DNA from: Lytechinus pictus
Lineage: Eukaryota
Length of the DNA: 64,000 bases
Assembly (NCBI RefSeq): GCF_037042905.1
Contig: NC_087251.1
Location: 22,384,001 to 22,448,000 of the forward strand
Reading direction: 5' to 3'
Shown here: positions 24,601 through 35,700 of the stretch, in pieces
Numbering within the stretch: position 1 is the stretch's first letter
How the letters are laid out: each line of letters begins with the position of its first letter
Translations under genes and position numbers: made by a program
The notes under the pieces: generated by a model
The model's input: the letters and a program-made list of their open reading frames with translations, nothing else
Databases searched by the model: none
Told to the model about the DNA's origin: nothing

Positions 24601-27013
24601 AGATTATGTTTTTAACTGTCAGTTATATTATGTTTCTACAGTCATGTTCTATTGGAAATAGTATACGTAAGCAAGTGTGGAGATATCTTCACTGCATTTG
24701 TATTGTTTAACAGAACTGATGTAACCATATACAGTACTCATTATGTTTTAATGCAGAGGGTCTCATTTGCCCCATCAGGCATATGAAGTTCATAACTAGG
24801 CTTCCAGTCAAAAAAGAGGGAAAGTGGCGACTTTTACTAAAGTATTAGCATGTGTAACAATGCCTTAAAAAGGTAAACTAAGATAAAAGCTGATATACAT
24901 CGATGGATGGGTACAGTACATCGCCACTAATTTGAGGTGCTGCTGAGTTTGTGCTCGTCAAATGGGCTATGAGACATTTGTTTATACTCGAGATCTGTCT
25001 CAAATACCACACAAACAGCATTCCGTTGACACTGATAAACTTGAGCAGTGGGCTAAAAACTAATTGGGGCCTTATTTACCCAGGGCCTCAATTACTCAAC
25101 TCTCCCCTACATATTTATCTGAAGATGTGCAGATTGTGGTAAATTGCCAATCGTCTATATACCGCAAACTCGTCCACTTACCGAATAGTCTACTTTAATG
25201 CCATTCCGTCCATCAACATTTCGTCTAACAACCATTTGGTCCAATCATCACTTCGTCTAATCACCATTTCGCCTATGACCATTTCGTCTCATAACCAGTT
25301 GAGCTAGGCCTATATATATATAACATTTCGTTTTCATTAATTTTACACAATACACTTAGTCGAAGTGGATCAAATAAAATGGTATATAAACTAAATGGCT
25401 ATTGGACCAATTGGTTATTAGACGAAATGGTGATTGGACGAAATGGCAATTAGACCGTGTGGATAGTGGACGAACTGATGGTAGACCAAATTATAGTAGA
25501 CGAGTTGGCAATTGGACGAATTTGCAATAGACGAATAAGAAATAAATCCAGATTGCAGTTAAAATCTCAAGTTGACGACAAGGGTTCTGTTGCATAAAAG
25601 CAGGGGCGAGTTGGGAAGGGTAGGAAACTCAGACACATGCGTTTGAAAATCTATCGGAATACAAAGGCATTCCAATCACTGACAAAGCACTCAACGTGGG
25701 ATGATATCCCATGTGGCGTGCCGATGTTAACCCTTCGGAGCCGTATTCACTACTTTTGTCTAGAAGCATTGGTTTGGATAAATTTCTTTTGCAAATTTCA
25801 AATAAGTTATGGACAACAAAAAGTAAAGCCCTTGTGATATTTTCATGCAAAAATAATACAAAAGATTCGTGAAAACAAGACATATATAAAAATGTTAAAC
25901 TATACTTATAAAATTGACTAATTTCAGCATCTTCCGACAATTAGCGCCATTAGAGCTCACTCATGAAATTATGAACATAATTTGTACAGTAATTTATGCG
26001 TGTTCTTGCGTGAATCTGAGATAATTAACTTTTAATATTACTCGAATTATGGTTCTTTCTGTTCGCTGATACACATTATACCCATAAAATGTACTGATGC
26101 ATCATTACGAACTGGACAAGCCAATTGGAATCTGACTTTATCTTGTTGCTCCGAGAAACTGTCGCCTGAAAAAAAAGTGCCCATTATTGACACGTCTGAA
26201 TGTGATTGTTGAGACTTCTGTTTTATCTTGTCGTCGATACCATTGGATGGTAAAGTTTCATAATGGCACTCAAATAGTACGAGGTCATAATGGTAACTTT
26301 ATTGCAACGGGGCCCTTATATATAGCAACACTGAAATCCGGTAAAATAGAGAACATCCAGTAGCATTGATCATAAAAAGTGGGTGTATAGAACGTCCCTC
26401 GATCTTAGAATTGGAATGCGATGCAGGAACAGTGACATCATGGTGAATCCCATGATGGACCTATTACAAAGGTCCAATGATTATCAAGGAGAGGTAGGCC
26501 TATATTTTGTCAAAATGGAATCGGCAACTATTCATTGTGACAGATCAAAGTGATACACAAGTTGAACGCGTAACGCTTTATCACCGAAAAACGCTGTTTA
26601 TCGAGTGAAAACAAAGTTTATCGAGAGAAACTATGTTTATTGGGTGACAAAAATATGCATGGATAAACTCTATATTTCGCTCGATAAAAATTTTCGGCGA
26701 TAGAAACCGTATTTCGCGATAAACACTGCATGTAATTCGCGATAAACTATAGACAAATATGAAAAGAATATTATTCAGATGACAATGACAGCCACAGCTA
26801 AGTGATTCATTAACTACCCGATGAATGTCCATTTTTATAGGTCTATGGTGGAAGAACAATTATCAACTAGGACTATGAAATAAAATGGTTTGAAGATAGG
26901 CCATTTTTACATCTTCGTAATTATACCCGACCTGCATGGAACATTGCATCGTAAGTCATGTAGGCGAGGAAAATAAGTTTTGAATTATGATTCCAACTTG
27001 GTGAACTTACCAT
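12609..27013 (-). CDS. Gene A: four-EF-hand calmodulin/Spec-family Ca2+-binding protein, 6 coding exons, 154 aa
   Basis: Exons 27013-27011, 23866-23833, 19881-19738, 13990-13867, 13155-13040, 12652-12609; all introns GT-AG, phases 0,1,1,2,1; 465 nt. Protein MASSLYTAEEIEICRGIFLSFDSDQNGSIHSKELFAALEQCGCGLTEEEIKVYVAKADTTNDGKIDFEEFLMMIPQAESTYSEEDIRGCFKTLDKDDNGCISAKELREALGEACINMSKEKADQLIKECDKNGDGLVNYEEFVQMLVNVLLSTS*. Four 12-residue EF loops; the ATG-only first exon and 144-nt third exon are calmodulin-type. Confidence 0.92.
13040..13155 (-). CDS. Gene A exon 5 (EF-hands 3-4)
   Basis: gctcag acceptor, gtatgt donor, 116 nt; DKNGDGLVNYE. Confidence 0.93.
13490..13715. repeat. Purine-rich low-complexity tract with (AGAAGT)n and (AGT)n, gene A intron 4
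   Basis: Directly visible. Confidence 0.8.
13867..13990 (-). CDS. Gene A exon 4 (EF-hands 2-3)
   Basis: tactag acceptor, gtgagc donor, 124 nt; DGKIDFEEF...DKDDNGCIS. Confidence 0.93.
14730..15169. mobile_element. Palindromic Academ-like MITE
   Basis: TAGTATCCC...GGGATACTA termini, 3-bp TSD tgt, arms inverted over most of their length. Confidence 0.65.
16214..16599. mobile_element. Fully palindromic TA-flanked MITE with an internal ~20-bp minisatellite
   Basis: TA|CGGAGCCCGGGAAGGGAC...GTCCCTTCCCGGGCTCCG|TA; core of atctcgttaaaacgagatagt-type units. Confidence 0.8.
18046..18227 (+). mobile_element. Chimeric SINE: 7SL(Alu-domain)-like head, tRNA B-box, Deu-like segment, CA tail
   Basis: 18057-18088 matches the human 7SL 5' end at 26/32; B-box GGTTCGAGCCC 18122-18132; GTCTTTCGGATGGTGACGTTAAA 18140-18162; tail ...aatacacac; TSD agagc at 18041-18045 and 18228-18232. 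Confidence 0.72.
19738..19881 (-). CDS. Gene A exon 3 (EF-hand 1 and start of EF-hand 2)
   Basis: ttttgtag acceptor, gtaagt donor, 144 nt; loop DSDQNGSIHSKE. Confidence 0.93.
20841..21071. mobile_element. Palindromic MITE (TCTAAATTACAGGGATTT termini) inside a decayed Kolobok-like copy
   Basis: ~110-bp inverted arms; flanking 20460-21125 resembles 3984-4569. Confidence 0.65.
21723..22457. mobile_element. pogo/Tigger-like MITE (second copy at 35934-36689)
   Basis: TA|GGGAAGGCGGGGTAAAATGAGC...GCTCAACTTACCCCGCCTTCCCCG|TA; internal aacttgcccc repeats. Confidence 0.65.
23213..23368. mobile_element. Small MITE present only in the left arm
   Basis: AGCGTTTCATGAA...TTGATGAAACGCT inverted ends; the right arm has the empty site near 35165. 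Confidence 0.65.
23833..23866 (-). CDS. Gene A exon 2 (ASSLYTAEEIE)
   Basis: Polypyrimidine tract plus cag acceptor, gtaagt donor; 34 nt, phase 0 to 1. Confidence 0.85.
27011..27013 (-). CDS. Gene A exon 1 (ATG only)
   Basis: Minus strand aagATG|gtaagt, a consensus donor; upstream motifs shared with gene B exon 1. Confidence 0.78.
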
Positions 27014-27084
27014 CTTAATAGACTGGTTTTACTCTGCAAACCTAAAGACGAAATCTGTCTGGACCTGTAGCCTAGGCTGTATTC

Positions 27085-27147
27085 TTGACTTGTGACAAGG
27101 GTGTGGTGCTTACTTGGAGTTTTATTGAATGGGTTCAATGAGTCAAT
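27085..27147 (-). promoter_or_regulatory. Putative core promoter of gene A
   Basis: Sense-strand ATTGAC...TTCAATAAA-N10-AGCACCACACC...ACAAGTCAA; same motif order upstream of the gene B ATG. Confidence 0.5.
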
Positions 27148-27487
27148 GCGTGTCGAAATAAATGCTGTGCAGCGACGCATTTACCGATCAGTACAAAATG
27201 TATTCGCCAGAAAATAATATAGTCTAAATAATAGATATCTTTCCGTTGAAAGTATGTTGTAGGACAATGACGAAGTGTATTAGCATTCACCTCAATGGGA
27301 TTAGTAAAGGCAAAGTGATACAGCATTAAGAGTTGAAAGGATCAACATTTTATCAAGGAGATGTATAGGCCTAATCAGCCACTCCTTCTTTAAAAAGGAA
27401 AAAAATCTGTACAGAGCAGTCTCACTGTTGATTAATGCGATATATTACTACGCCACACGACATGACCACTAAAGTGGTGATGACCAT

Positions 27488-27801
27488 GGGGCCGATTGCA
27501 CGAGAGGGTCTTTGCAAGAACAGTCTTCCGTGTCGCCCATGTACTATGTGTCATGTGAAACGCATATCAAATAACCTGCAAACATATTTCATTCGTCCGT
27601 TAAAGTAAACAAAATTTTTGTTTATAAAATTATGTGACATCTCATGAAATTGAAAAAGAAATGATTTAAAAAGCTGGCTAAAGAATTTTATTCGTTTATC
27701 ATAAATTTCAGAAATATCCCGCATACACTGTACACCGCGTCATAAAAGATGGGCGACACGAAAGACGGTCCCTGGAAAGACCCTGTCGTGCAATCGGCGT
27801 C
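27488..27801. mobile_element. MITE ~0.5 kb upstream of the gene A ATG
   Basis: ~55-bp imperfect TIRs gccgattgcacga...gtcgcccat / atgggcgac...tcgtgcaatcggc. Confidence 0.65.
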
Positions 27802-29168
27802 TGCATTGTCCAAAAAATACAAATCAACAATGCAATTCGTTTGGTTAATTTGAGATCCTTAAAGGGCTAGCGGCAAACTTTGGTGTGTCTGCTGACCATA
27901 ATCTGCTCATAATATTTGATCAGAGAATTGCTCATAATTCCCGCCCCCATAGCGCCACCTTATGGGCACTGTTGCATAAAACATGAGAAAACTCTGGACA
28001 TTTCTCACCACACACGCTACAATCAGTCAACTGAAATTTGAATGTAAATACCTCACTCGAAGAGTATTCAATATATCACTTAAAAATGAATTGGTGGTTT
28101 AAAATAAGTAGATTTGCCTTCCGTTTTAAAAGAACAAAATAAATAACAAATAGAAAATAACAAGAATTCTTGTCATTCTGAACACTAGAAGCTAGCCAGG
28201 TCCTAATATGAACATTATTATTGACCCACTGATAATACTAGAGTAATATTTGAGATTGTTTTAGAGTGCATCGTTTTTGTGTTAAAATCAATTGCGTAAT
28301 AACCAAATTTTGCTACCGGGTTTTTTTGGGGGGTGGGCGGCGGCGGTGGTGGTAGTAGAAGTCGTAGTAAAAGTTTTCATGACAATCTAAAAACTATAAG
28401 CATAATCACAAATTCTTGCACCATCAGCCTTACTCCTTTACAAACATCATTGTTAAAATCGTGCATTGACGAGAAGGATGTCGAGAGCAGGGGAAAGGTG
28501 ATGCGGGTCCCCCCCCCCCCACACACACACAGGCAGCGGCGCTCCCGTTGGGAATAATAAGACTTTTCGCATCAATTCCTTTAAAAGTGCAAATCAAATC
28601 ACAATGGAGACCTGAGAGGCATTTGTCGAAAGTTGGTGGACCGCGGGACAGCATCGGAATCTCTTGACTCTGGACAACGACATAAATTGCAATTGTTTGT
28701 CCCAGGGGTGGATCCAGCCTTCGCCAATAGGGGGGCCATATTTTCCCCGATCGGCCGCTCGAAGATGAATCTTTGTTTTTTTGAAGGGGTATTCCTAATA
28801 GTTACTTCTTAGCTTTATTCTTATAAATCAACATATATAATAATGCGAGCGCGAAGCGCGAGCTAAATTTTTTTTGTTGAAATTTTATGTATTTTTCCTA
28901 AACTTTGAACATTCTGGGCAATGCTTGTTATCCTGAAAAAGATGTGTATGCAATTAAATAATAACAACGAACGCAAAGCGCGAGCAGAAATGTACTGATG
29001 GAAAAGGTACCTGTTAAAGACTGCTTGCAGTAAGCCATGAAGGCGTTACATATTTTAAAAGTCAAATAATGCGAGCGCGAGCTGATTTTTTTTGGGGGGA
29101 CATTTTTACCTAAAGAATTGAAAATCAAAGCACTTTTTTGACTTATTTAACAGATTTAACTAAACAAT

Positions 29169-30898
29169 CACTGGCGTAAATCCCGGGGGGATGGGGGGGA
29201 TATATCCCCCCCCCCACTTTTCGAGGAGGGGGGATGGCCTGTACAATCATCCCCCCACTTTTTACGAAAGAAATAAAAAAAAATCACAAGAGATAATTGT
29301 TTTATTGGTGAAAATTCTTCCTAAAATACCGCTTAACAAATAAAACAATATTATTGAATCATAAAATGCAAATAAAGAGCCAGTTCACCATTTCCAAACG
29401 AAATACTTATGTCCTTATTATAACATTGAAGAGAAACCCCCGTTTCTTCCAATTCATCAATGTTGGGGTCTTTGGGAAGGGATTAAGATGGAATGTCAAA
29501 AAATTTTGAATGTAATCTCTAATAAAACCATTAAACCATCATGGGGTAAAAAAATAATAATATTGGAGGGGTATTTGCCATATGGACATACAGTGGCGTA
29601 ACTACGGGGGGGGGGGGGGCATGGGAGGCACATGCTCCCCCCATCGGCTGACAAAAAAAACCGGGGAAATGGGGAAAAAGAGAAAAGAGGGAGAAAGGAA
29701 AAGAAACGTAGTGGGAAAGAAGAAAGTATTATTCATTATAATGTTATATTATATTATAATTATGTTATGTTACATTACATAAGAAACATTTTTATCATAA
29801 CTTTATGAAACATAATTTGCCCAGGGCCTACGTCTTCATTGTTCCTGGTGCTCGAATTGTCTGTTCAACGATAATCCTGTTGTACTAAAACATCCCGTTT
29901 TCAAGTCAATATAAACCAAATATATTTCCTAGCACTTGAGTTATCATTGTTTTATGTAGTGACATAGGCCTATGCTTCTTTTACATGACTCAAAAAGTGA
30001 TTGCCCCATGTTAAGGTCTTCGTATATATAAAAACATTTCCTGTCCGTGATTACGTTCGCATTAGTGGATTGGTGAGATATGTCTGCTCTTCATGAATTC
30101 CTAAAATCAGTCCTTAAAATGTCCCTTTTTCTGATATGAATATCAAAAATTTTCAGCTCGCGCTTCGCACTCGCATCATTTGGTTAATGAAATACGTATG
30201 GTCCAAGTTAATTCCTACAAAGAAACCTTAGAATGCCCCACTTCAGGTCTGAATTATCTAACTTATCTAAATTTTCTGCTCGCGCCTCACGCTCGCAATA
30301 TTTGATTAGTGAGATGCGTATGATAATCATGATTGCAATGACTACAAAAAGTGTTTCATGTGTTCAGATGTAATTCTACTAAAATCAGCAAGCGCTTGGC
30401 ACTCGCATTAGATGACTATGGTGAGATATGCATACTCTTAATGGATTCCTAAAATATATTCCTTAAAATCTCGCTGTTTGGGGTCAAAATATACGAAAAT
30501 TTCAGCTCGCGCTTCGCGCTCGCATTGTTTAGCGAGACAGGTAACTATCATGATTACGCAAATTTGATTATAATGTCCCTTTTTAGGTGTGAATATTAAA
30601 AAAAATTCAGCTCGCGCTTCGCGCTCGCATAATTTGATCAGTGAGATACATATCCGTTCAATGACATTGTCCTTAAAATGTCTCTATTAGGTCAGAATAA
30701 CTAGCAACTGAGCGCGCTTCGCGCGCTCACTCAGTGATTCAAAGATTTTGCTGGTGCCCCCACAATGCCGTGACCCACGGTACGCCACTGTGGACTTATC
30801 AATTACAATTCCTTGCATATCTAAAAACATGATTGCAAAAAAAATGCCAAAATATTTCAGTCATCCCCCCCACCCCTCAACACGGATTTACGCCAGTG
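29169..30898. mobile_element. hAT-like non-autonomous element with 8-bp TSD
   Basis: CACTGGCGTAAATCC / GGATTTACGCCAGTG; TSD taaacaat at 29161-29168 and 30899-30906. Confidence 0.85.
29591..30790. mobile_element. hAT-like element nested in the previous one
   Basis: CAGTGGCGTA / TACGCCACTG; TSD tggacata / tggactta (1 mismatch). Confidence 0.8.
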
Positions 30899-31140
30899 TA
30901 AACAATAATTGATGCGAGTGCGAAGCGCGAGCGGAAACTTTCGAGATTTAGACCTACTGAAAGACACTATTCATGTTTTATAAATCATGAAAAGCATGAG
31001 TAATAATTGGGGATCTTCCTTACATTAATAATGCGCGGCGCAAAGCGCGAGCAGAAAGTTTTTATATACGTTTTGAACTGATCGAAAAGGTTAAGGGCTG
31101 CTTGCACTTAGCCATGAAGACGTTGCATATTTGCACATGT

Positions 31141-31451
31141 GGAGCGTTGTAGCCCAGTGGATTAGTCTCCTGACTTTGAAACAGAGGGTCGTGGGTTCGA
31201 ATCCCAGCCATGGCGTAATTTCCTTCAGCAAGAAATTCTTCCACATTGTGCTGCAATCAACCCAGGTGATGTGAATGGGTACCTGGCAAGAATTTATTCC
31301 TTGAAATGCGTGTGCGCTGTAATCTTAGTAATTACGGCTGCCAAGCTACAGCTGGGGTAATAATATCCAAGTCCTTTGGAAGCACATATATAGAGACATT
31401 ATTAATAATGTGATATGCGCTATACAAAAACTGTATATTATTATTATTATA
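31141..31451 (+). mobile_element. tRNA-derived SINE (partial copy at ~57950-58180)
   Basis: A-box TAGCCCAGTGG, B-box GGTTCGAATCC, central ccttcagcaag...aatgggtacc block, (TTA)n tail. Confidence 0.85.
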
Positions 31452-32705
31452 TTTCAACAATCAAATTATGCGAGCGCGAAGCGCGAGCTGAAAATTTTTG
31501 ACATTTCTACAAAGAGAATGGAAAATTTTAATCAATTTTTGTAATCGTGAACAGGATAGCTATATAACTAAACAATTTATGCGAGCGCAACGCACGAGCT
31601 GACACAAAAATTGAGATTTAGACCTACAAATTCATGTTTTGTAAATCATGAAAAGAATGAGTAATAAGGGATCTTCCTCCTTAATAATGCAAGCACAAAG
31701 GGCGAGCAGAAAAGAAAATGATATTGTGATCTGAAACTGGCAAATGATTTAAATAGAGAACAAGCTGAGAATCTGAATAAACATGCGCGTGCGTGTTTCA
31801 TATTTGATTTATAGGCCTTCTAAATACAGCCTTTATCATGAAAATCAAAGCGAGCGCGAAGCGCGAGCTTAAACTATTTGATATTCCGATCTGAAAAAAA
31901 GAGTCAATTTCTGCTCTATATTTCAAACACTTTGTAGGAAAATTGTGAGGTGGATATGAACTGCACTTAAGAGCTGATATTTTTCATTATTATTACTTTA
32001 AATTTTGACATCCTTAGGATATATATGTCATCAGATATGAAAATGATGACTATCTTTCTATTAATTCCTCTTGCTGAGCGCGAGATGAAACAAAAGGGAC
32101 AATTTGAATTTTAAATTAATATCTTATTCATTAATGCCTAATGAGGGCGCGAAATCTGATGATATTATGGCCTGAAAACTGTACATTTCAAAAACAGCTT
32201 TATAATAAACAATTCATGCGAGCGCGAAGCGCGAGCGGAAAAAATCAAGATTTATACCTAAAAGCCAATCAAAATTCGAGTGTGCAGCGCTAGCTGATAC
32301 GTTTTGACAATCAGACCTGAAAAGGGATGTTTTGAAGCTTTATGGAATACACGATAGGCACCTGCAATCAAAATTTGCGAGCGCGCAGCGCGAGCAGAAA
32401 ATGTTAATATTCAAACCATTAGACATTTTTACAGAACACTTTTTAAAAATCAATTTGTAAATCACACGAAATAATGAAAGTTCGATTTCCGAGGTGAAAC
32501 ATGTTTTGTATTATTGACTTCCAAAATTGATATTTAAGCTCCATATATTAAGACCACCTAACAGGCAATGTGAGCGTGAAGCGCGAGCAAAATTTTATAT
32601 TGCAACGGGGCCAAGCTTCGCGCTCGCATTATTATATATGTTGATTTATAAGAATAAAGCTAAGAAGTAACTATTAGGAATACCCCTTCAAAAAAACAAA
32701 GATTC

Positions 32706-35700
32706 ATCACAAGGGCTTTACTTTTTGTTGTCCATAACTTATTTGAAATTTGCAAAAGAAATTTATCCAAACCAATGCTTCTAGACAAAAGTAGTGAATA
32801 CGGCTCCGAAGGGTTAACATCGGCACGCCACATGGGATATCATCCCACGTTGAGTGCTTTGTCAGTGATTGGAATGCCTTTGTATTCCGATAGATTTTCA
32901 AACGCATGTGTCTGAGTTTCCTACCCTTCCCAACTCGCCCCTGCTTTTATGCAACAGAACCCTTGTCGTCAACTTGAGATTTTAACTGCAATCTGGATTT
33001 ATTTCTTATTCGTCTATTGCAAATTCGTCCAATTGCCAACTCGTCTACTATAATTTGGTCTACCATCAGTTCGTCCACTATCCACATGGTCTAATTGCCA
33101 TTTCGTCCAATCACCATTTCGTCTAATAACCAATTGGTCCAATAGCCATTTAGTTCATATACCATTTTATTTGATCCACTTCGACTAAGTGTAATGAAAA
33201 TTAAATGTTATATATATATAGGCCTAGCTCAACTGGTTATGAGACGAAATGGTCATAGGCGAAATAGTGATTAGACGAAGTGATGATTGGACCAAATGGT
33301 TGTTAGACGAAATGTTGATGGACGGAATGGCATTAAAGTAGACTATTCGGTAAGTGGACGAGTTTGCGGTATATAGACGATTGGCAATTTACCACAATCT
33401 GCACATTTTCAGATAAATATGTAGGGCCGAGTTGAGTAATTGAGGCCCTGGGTAAATAAGGCCCCAATTAGTTTTTAGCTCACTGCTCAAGTTTATCAGT
33501 GTCAACGGAATGCTGTTTGTGTGGTATTTGAGACAGATCTCGAGTATAAACAATATAATGTCTCATAGCCCATTCGCGGAGGAGCACAAACGCAGTAGCA
33601 CCTCAAAATAGTGGCGATGTACTGTACCCATCCAGTGATGTGTATCAAATTTTATCTTAGTTCACCATTTAAGGCATTATTACACATGCTAATACTGTAG
33701 TAAAAGTCACCACTTTCCTTCTTTTCGTTTGACTGGAAGCCTATGAAATTTACATGCCTGATGGGGCAAATGAGCCCCCTGCATTAAAATACAATGAGTA
33801 GTGTATGGTTACATCGGTCTTTGGTTACATCAGTTCTGTTAAACAACACAAATGCAGTGAAGATATCTCCACACTTGCTTATGTATACTAAAAGTGTTCA
33901 TTTTCGATTGAACATGACTGTAGAAACATAATATAACTGACAGTTGAAAACATAATCTGACTATATTTCTTTCCATGATATTCGATAGGATTAATAAATA
34001 AATCTTTAAATGGGGGCCTCTAGGAAAATAAGTAAATATTAATCCTGTGATACTAGTAATGTTCAGTGATTGTATATCAAACCATCTGAACTATTTTTAC
34101 TTTGAATATAGCAACACAAAATAGTTTTTTAATCAAGGGGCCTCATTTGCCCCATTTCGATGGGGCAAATAAGGCCCCTGACGCTCATTAATATGCAATT
34201 GAGAATGATTAGTCCTCATTTCTATTCGGTAATGTAGGTCAAGTGACGATCTGGTATTAGGCACCTAATCACGTTTCTACTGTTATGCATTAAAAACATA
34301 TGATTGGAATTCTGAAAAAGGGGGGCTTAGTTACCCCCACTCCCTCCTACACAGAGCCGGATATTGCTAGTTAGAATTCCCTGATAAAATTAAACAAGCA
34401 GAAATATTTAAGGCGAATATGATTTATTTTCGGGTAGCGTGCTCGGTTTTCATTTCTTTACTGACCTTCCACCATCAAGCTTGATCAGTATATCGGTCTG
34501 GGCGGTCTCGCTCTACGAGATAATCGGAGTCAATATACACCATCAACATTTCTCTTGAACCAGCTTTTACCTTCTGGAATATCTTGAAAATGTTCAATAT
34601 TATATCATAGAGAGTCTGCATTCGTAGAAATACATGAAAATTAGATTAATTTATTTCGCTTTATTTTTCTTCTTGCTCCAATACAGGCGTCTTCTCTTCC
34701 AGCCATAAAAATTGACTGTAAGTAACATTTGAAAATATGTTGTCAAATGTCCAGAAAGACAAAGCAAAACAAAGAAATCTTTCTCGAAAATTGATGAAAA
34801 TCAAAACGGCAGTTCTGGAGGAACGACATAATTGCAATTTTTCCTCAGCACCGAAAGTAGCTTAGGACGAAAGTGGCTGTTGCGGTTCACCAATTTTCGA
34901 CAAAGACCTCCCAACTGCCTTTGTTATTTGACGGGCATTTTCAATACATTTACTCTGACTTGAATCCTCCATACGTCGATGAGCAAAGAATAATAGCGTA
35001 TTACTTGCAGACGCTTTCTACAACGCATTATTATTCCTTTGACTTTCAAGTCAAATCACAATAGACAGCTGAGAGGTTTTTGTCGAAATTAAAAGGTCGA
35101 GACAGCAGATCGTCCGGAGATTCGGACCGGACGAACAATTGCAGAAAAATGTCGTTTGTCCTGATTCCTGGACGACACTGCTGTTTTGATTCACCGACTT
35201 TCGACAAAGGCTGTTTTATCATTGAAAGGCTGTTGACCAAAGATTCTCTACCTGTCTACGTTATAGAAGCGTGTGCGAAGTGATTGCGGAAACTCCCTAC
35301 TGTCTGGGCCTCATCCAAAACGATATCAACTGATCCAATCAATTGATTCAATCATAATTATGTAAAGCCATGAATGTCACAATTCCTAACAAACGAGCAA
35401 AAAAACTGTGCACACTGATTGACCGAATGACGAAGGCACGGGACCCATGTTCCTTTTACTATTTTGAGGAACACTTTGTGGTTGGATACCAAAATTGACA
35501 ATACTTTTCTTTAAAATGCCATTTACTTTCTCACATTACATAAAACTTTATGACATTGTTAGCGTTCTTGTTTATTTTCTAAAAATTTATTCCTATCAAT
35601 ATTTAGCTGGGATGGACTTAATATTTTATCGTGTGCTCAGTTGCTCACTCGCCTACTCTTATACGAATCATGAGAATTTTCTAAGACATTATTGGCCACA

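Larger units (their letters stand above)
21206..25838. repeat. Left arm of ~4.6-kb inverted segmental duplication (contains gene A exon 2)
   Basis: Reverse complement of 32706-37206; ORF 25637-25837(+) translates identically to 32707-32907(-). Confidence 0.95.
28703..32600. mobile_element. Truncated hAT-like element built of gcgagcgcgaagcgcgagc-containing subrepeats, hosting nested insertions
   Basis: Left terminus CAGGGGTGGATCCAG; motif recurs every ~60-150 bp; right end missing at the rearrangement junction. Confidence 0.6.

Noticed and set aside
31141..31215. tRNA gene (also ~55420-55493 on the minus strand)
   Set aside because: Continues into a SINE body and tail; these are SINE heads.
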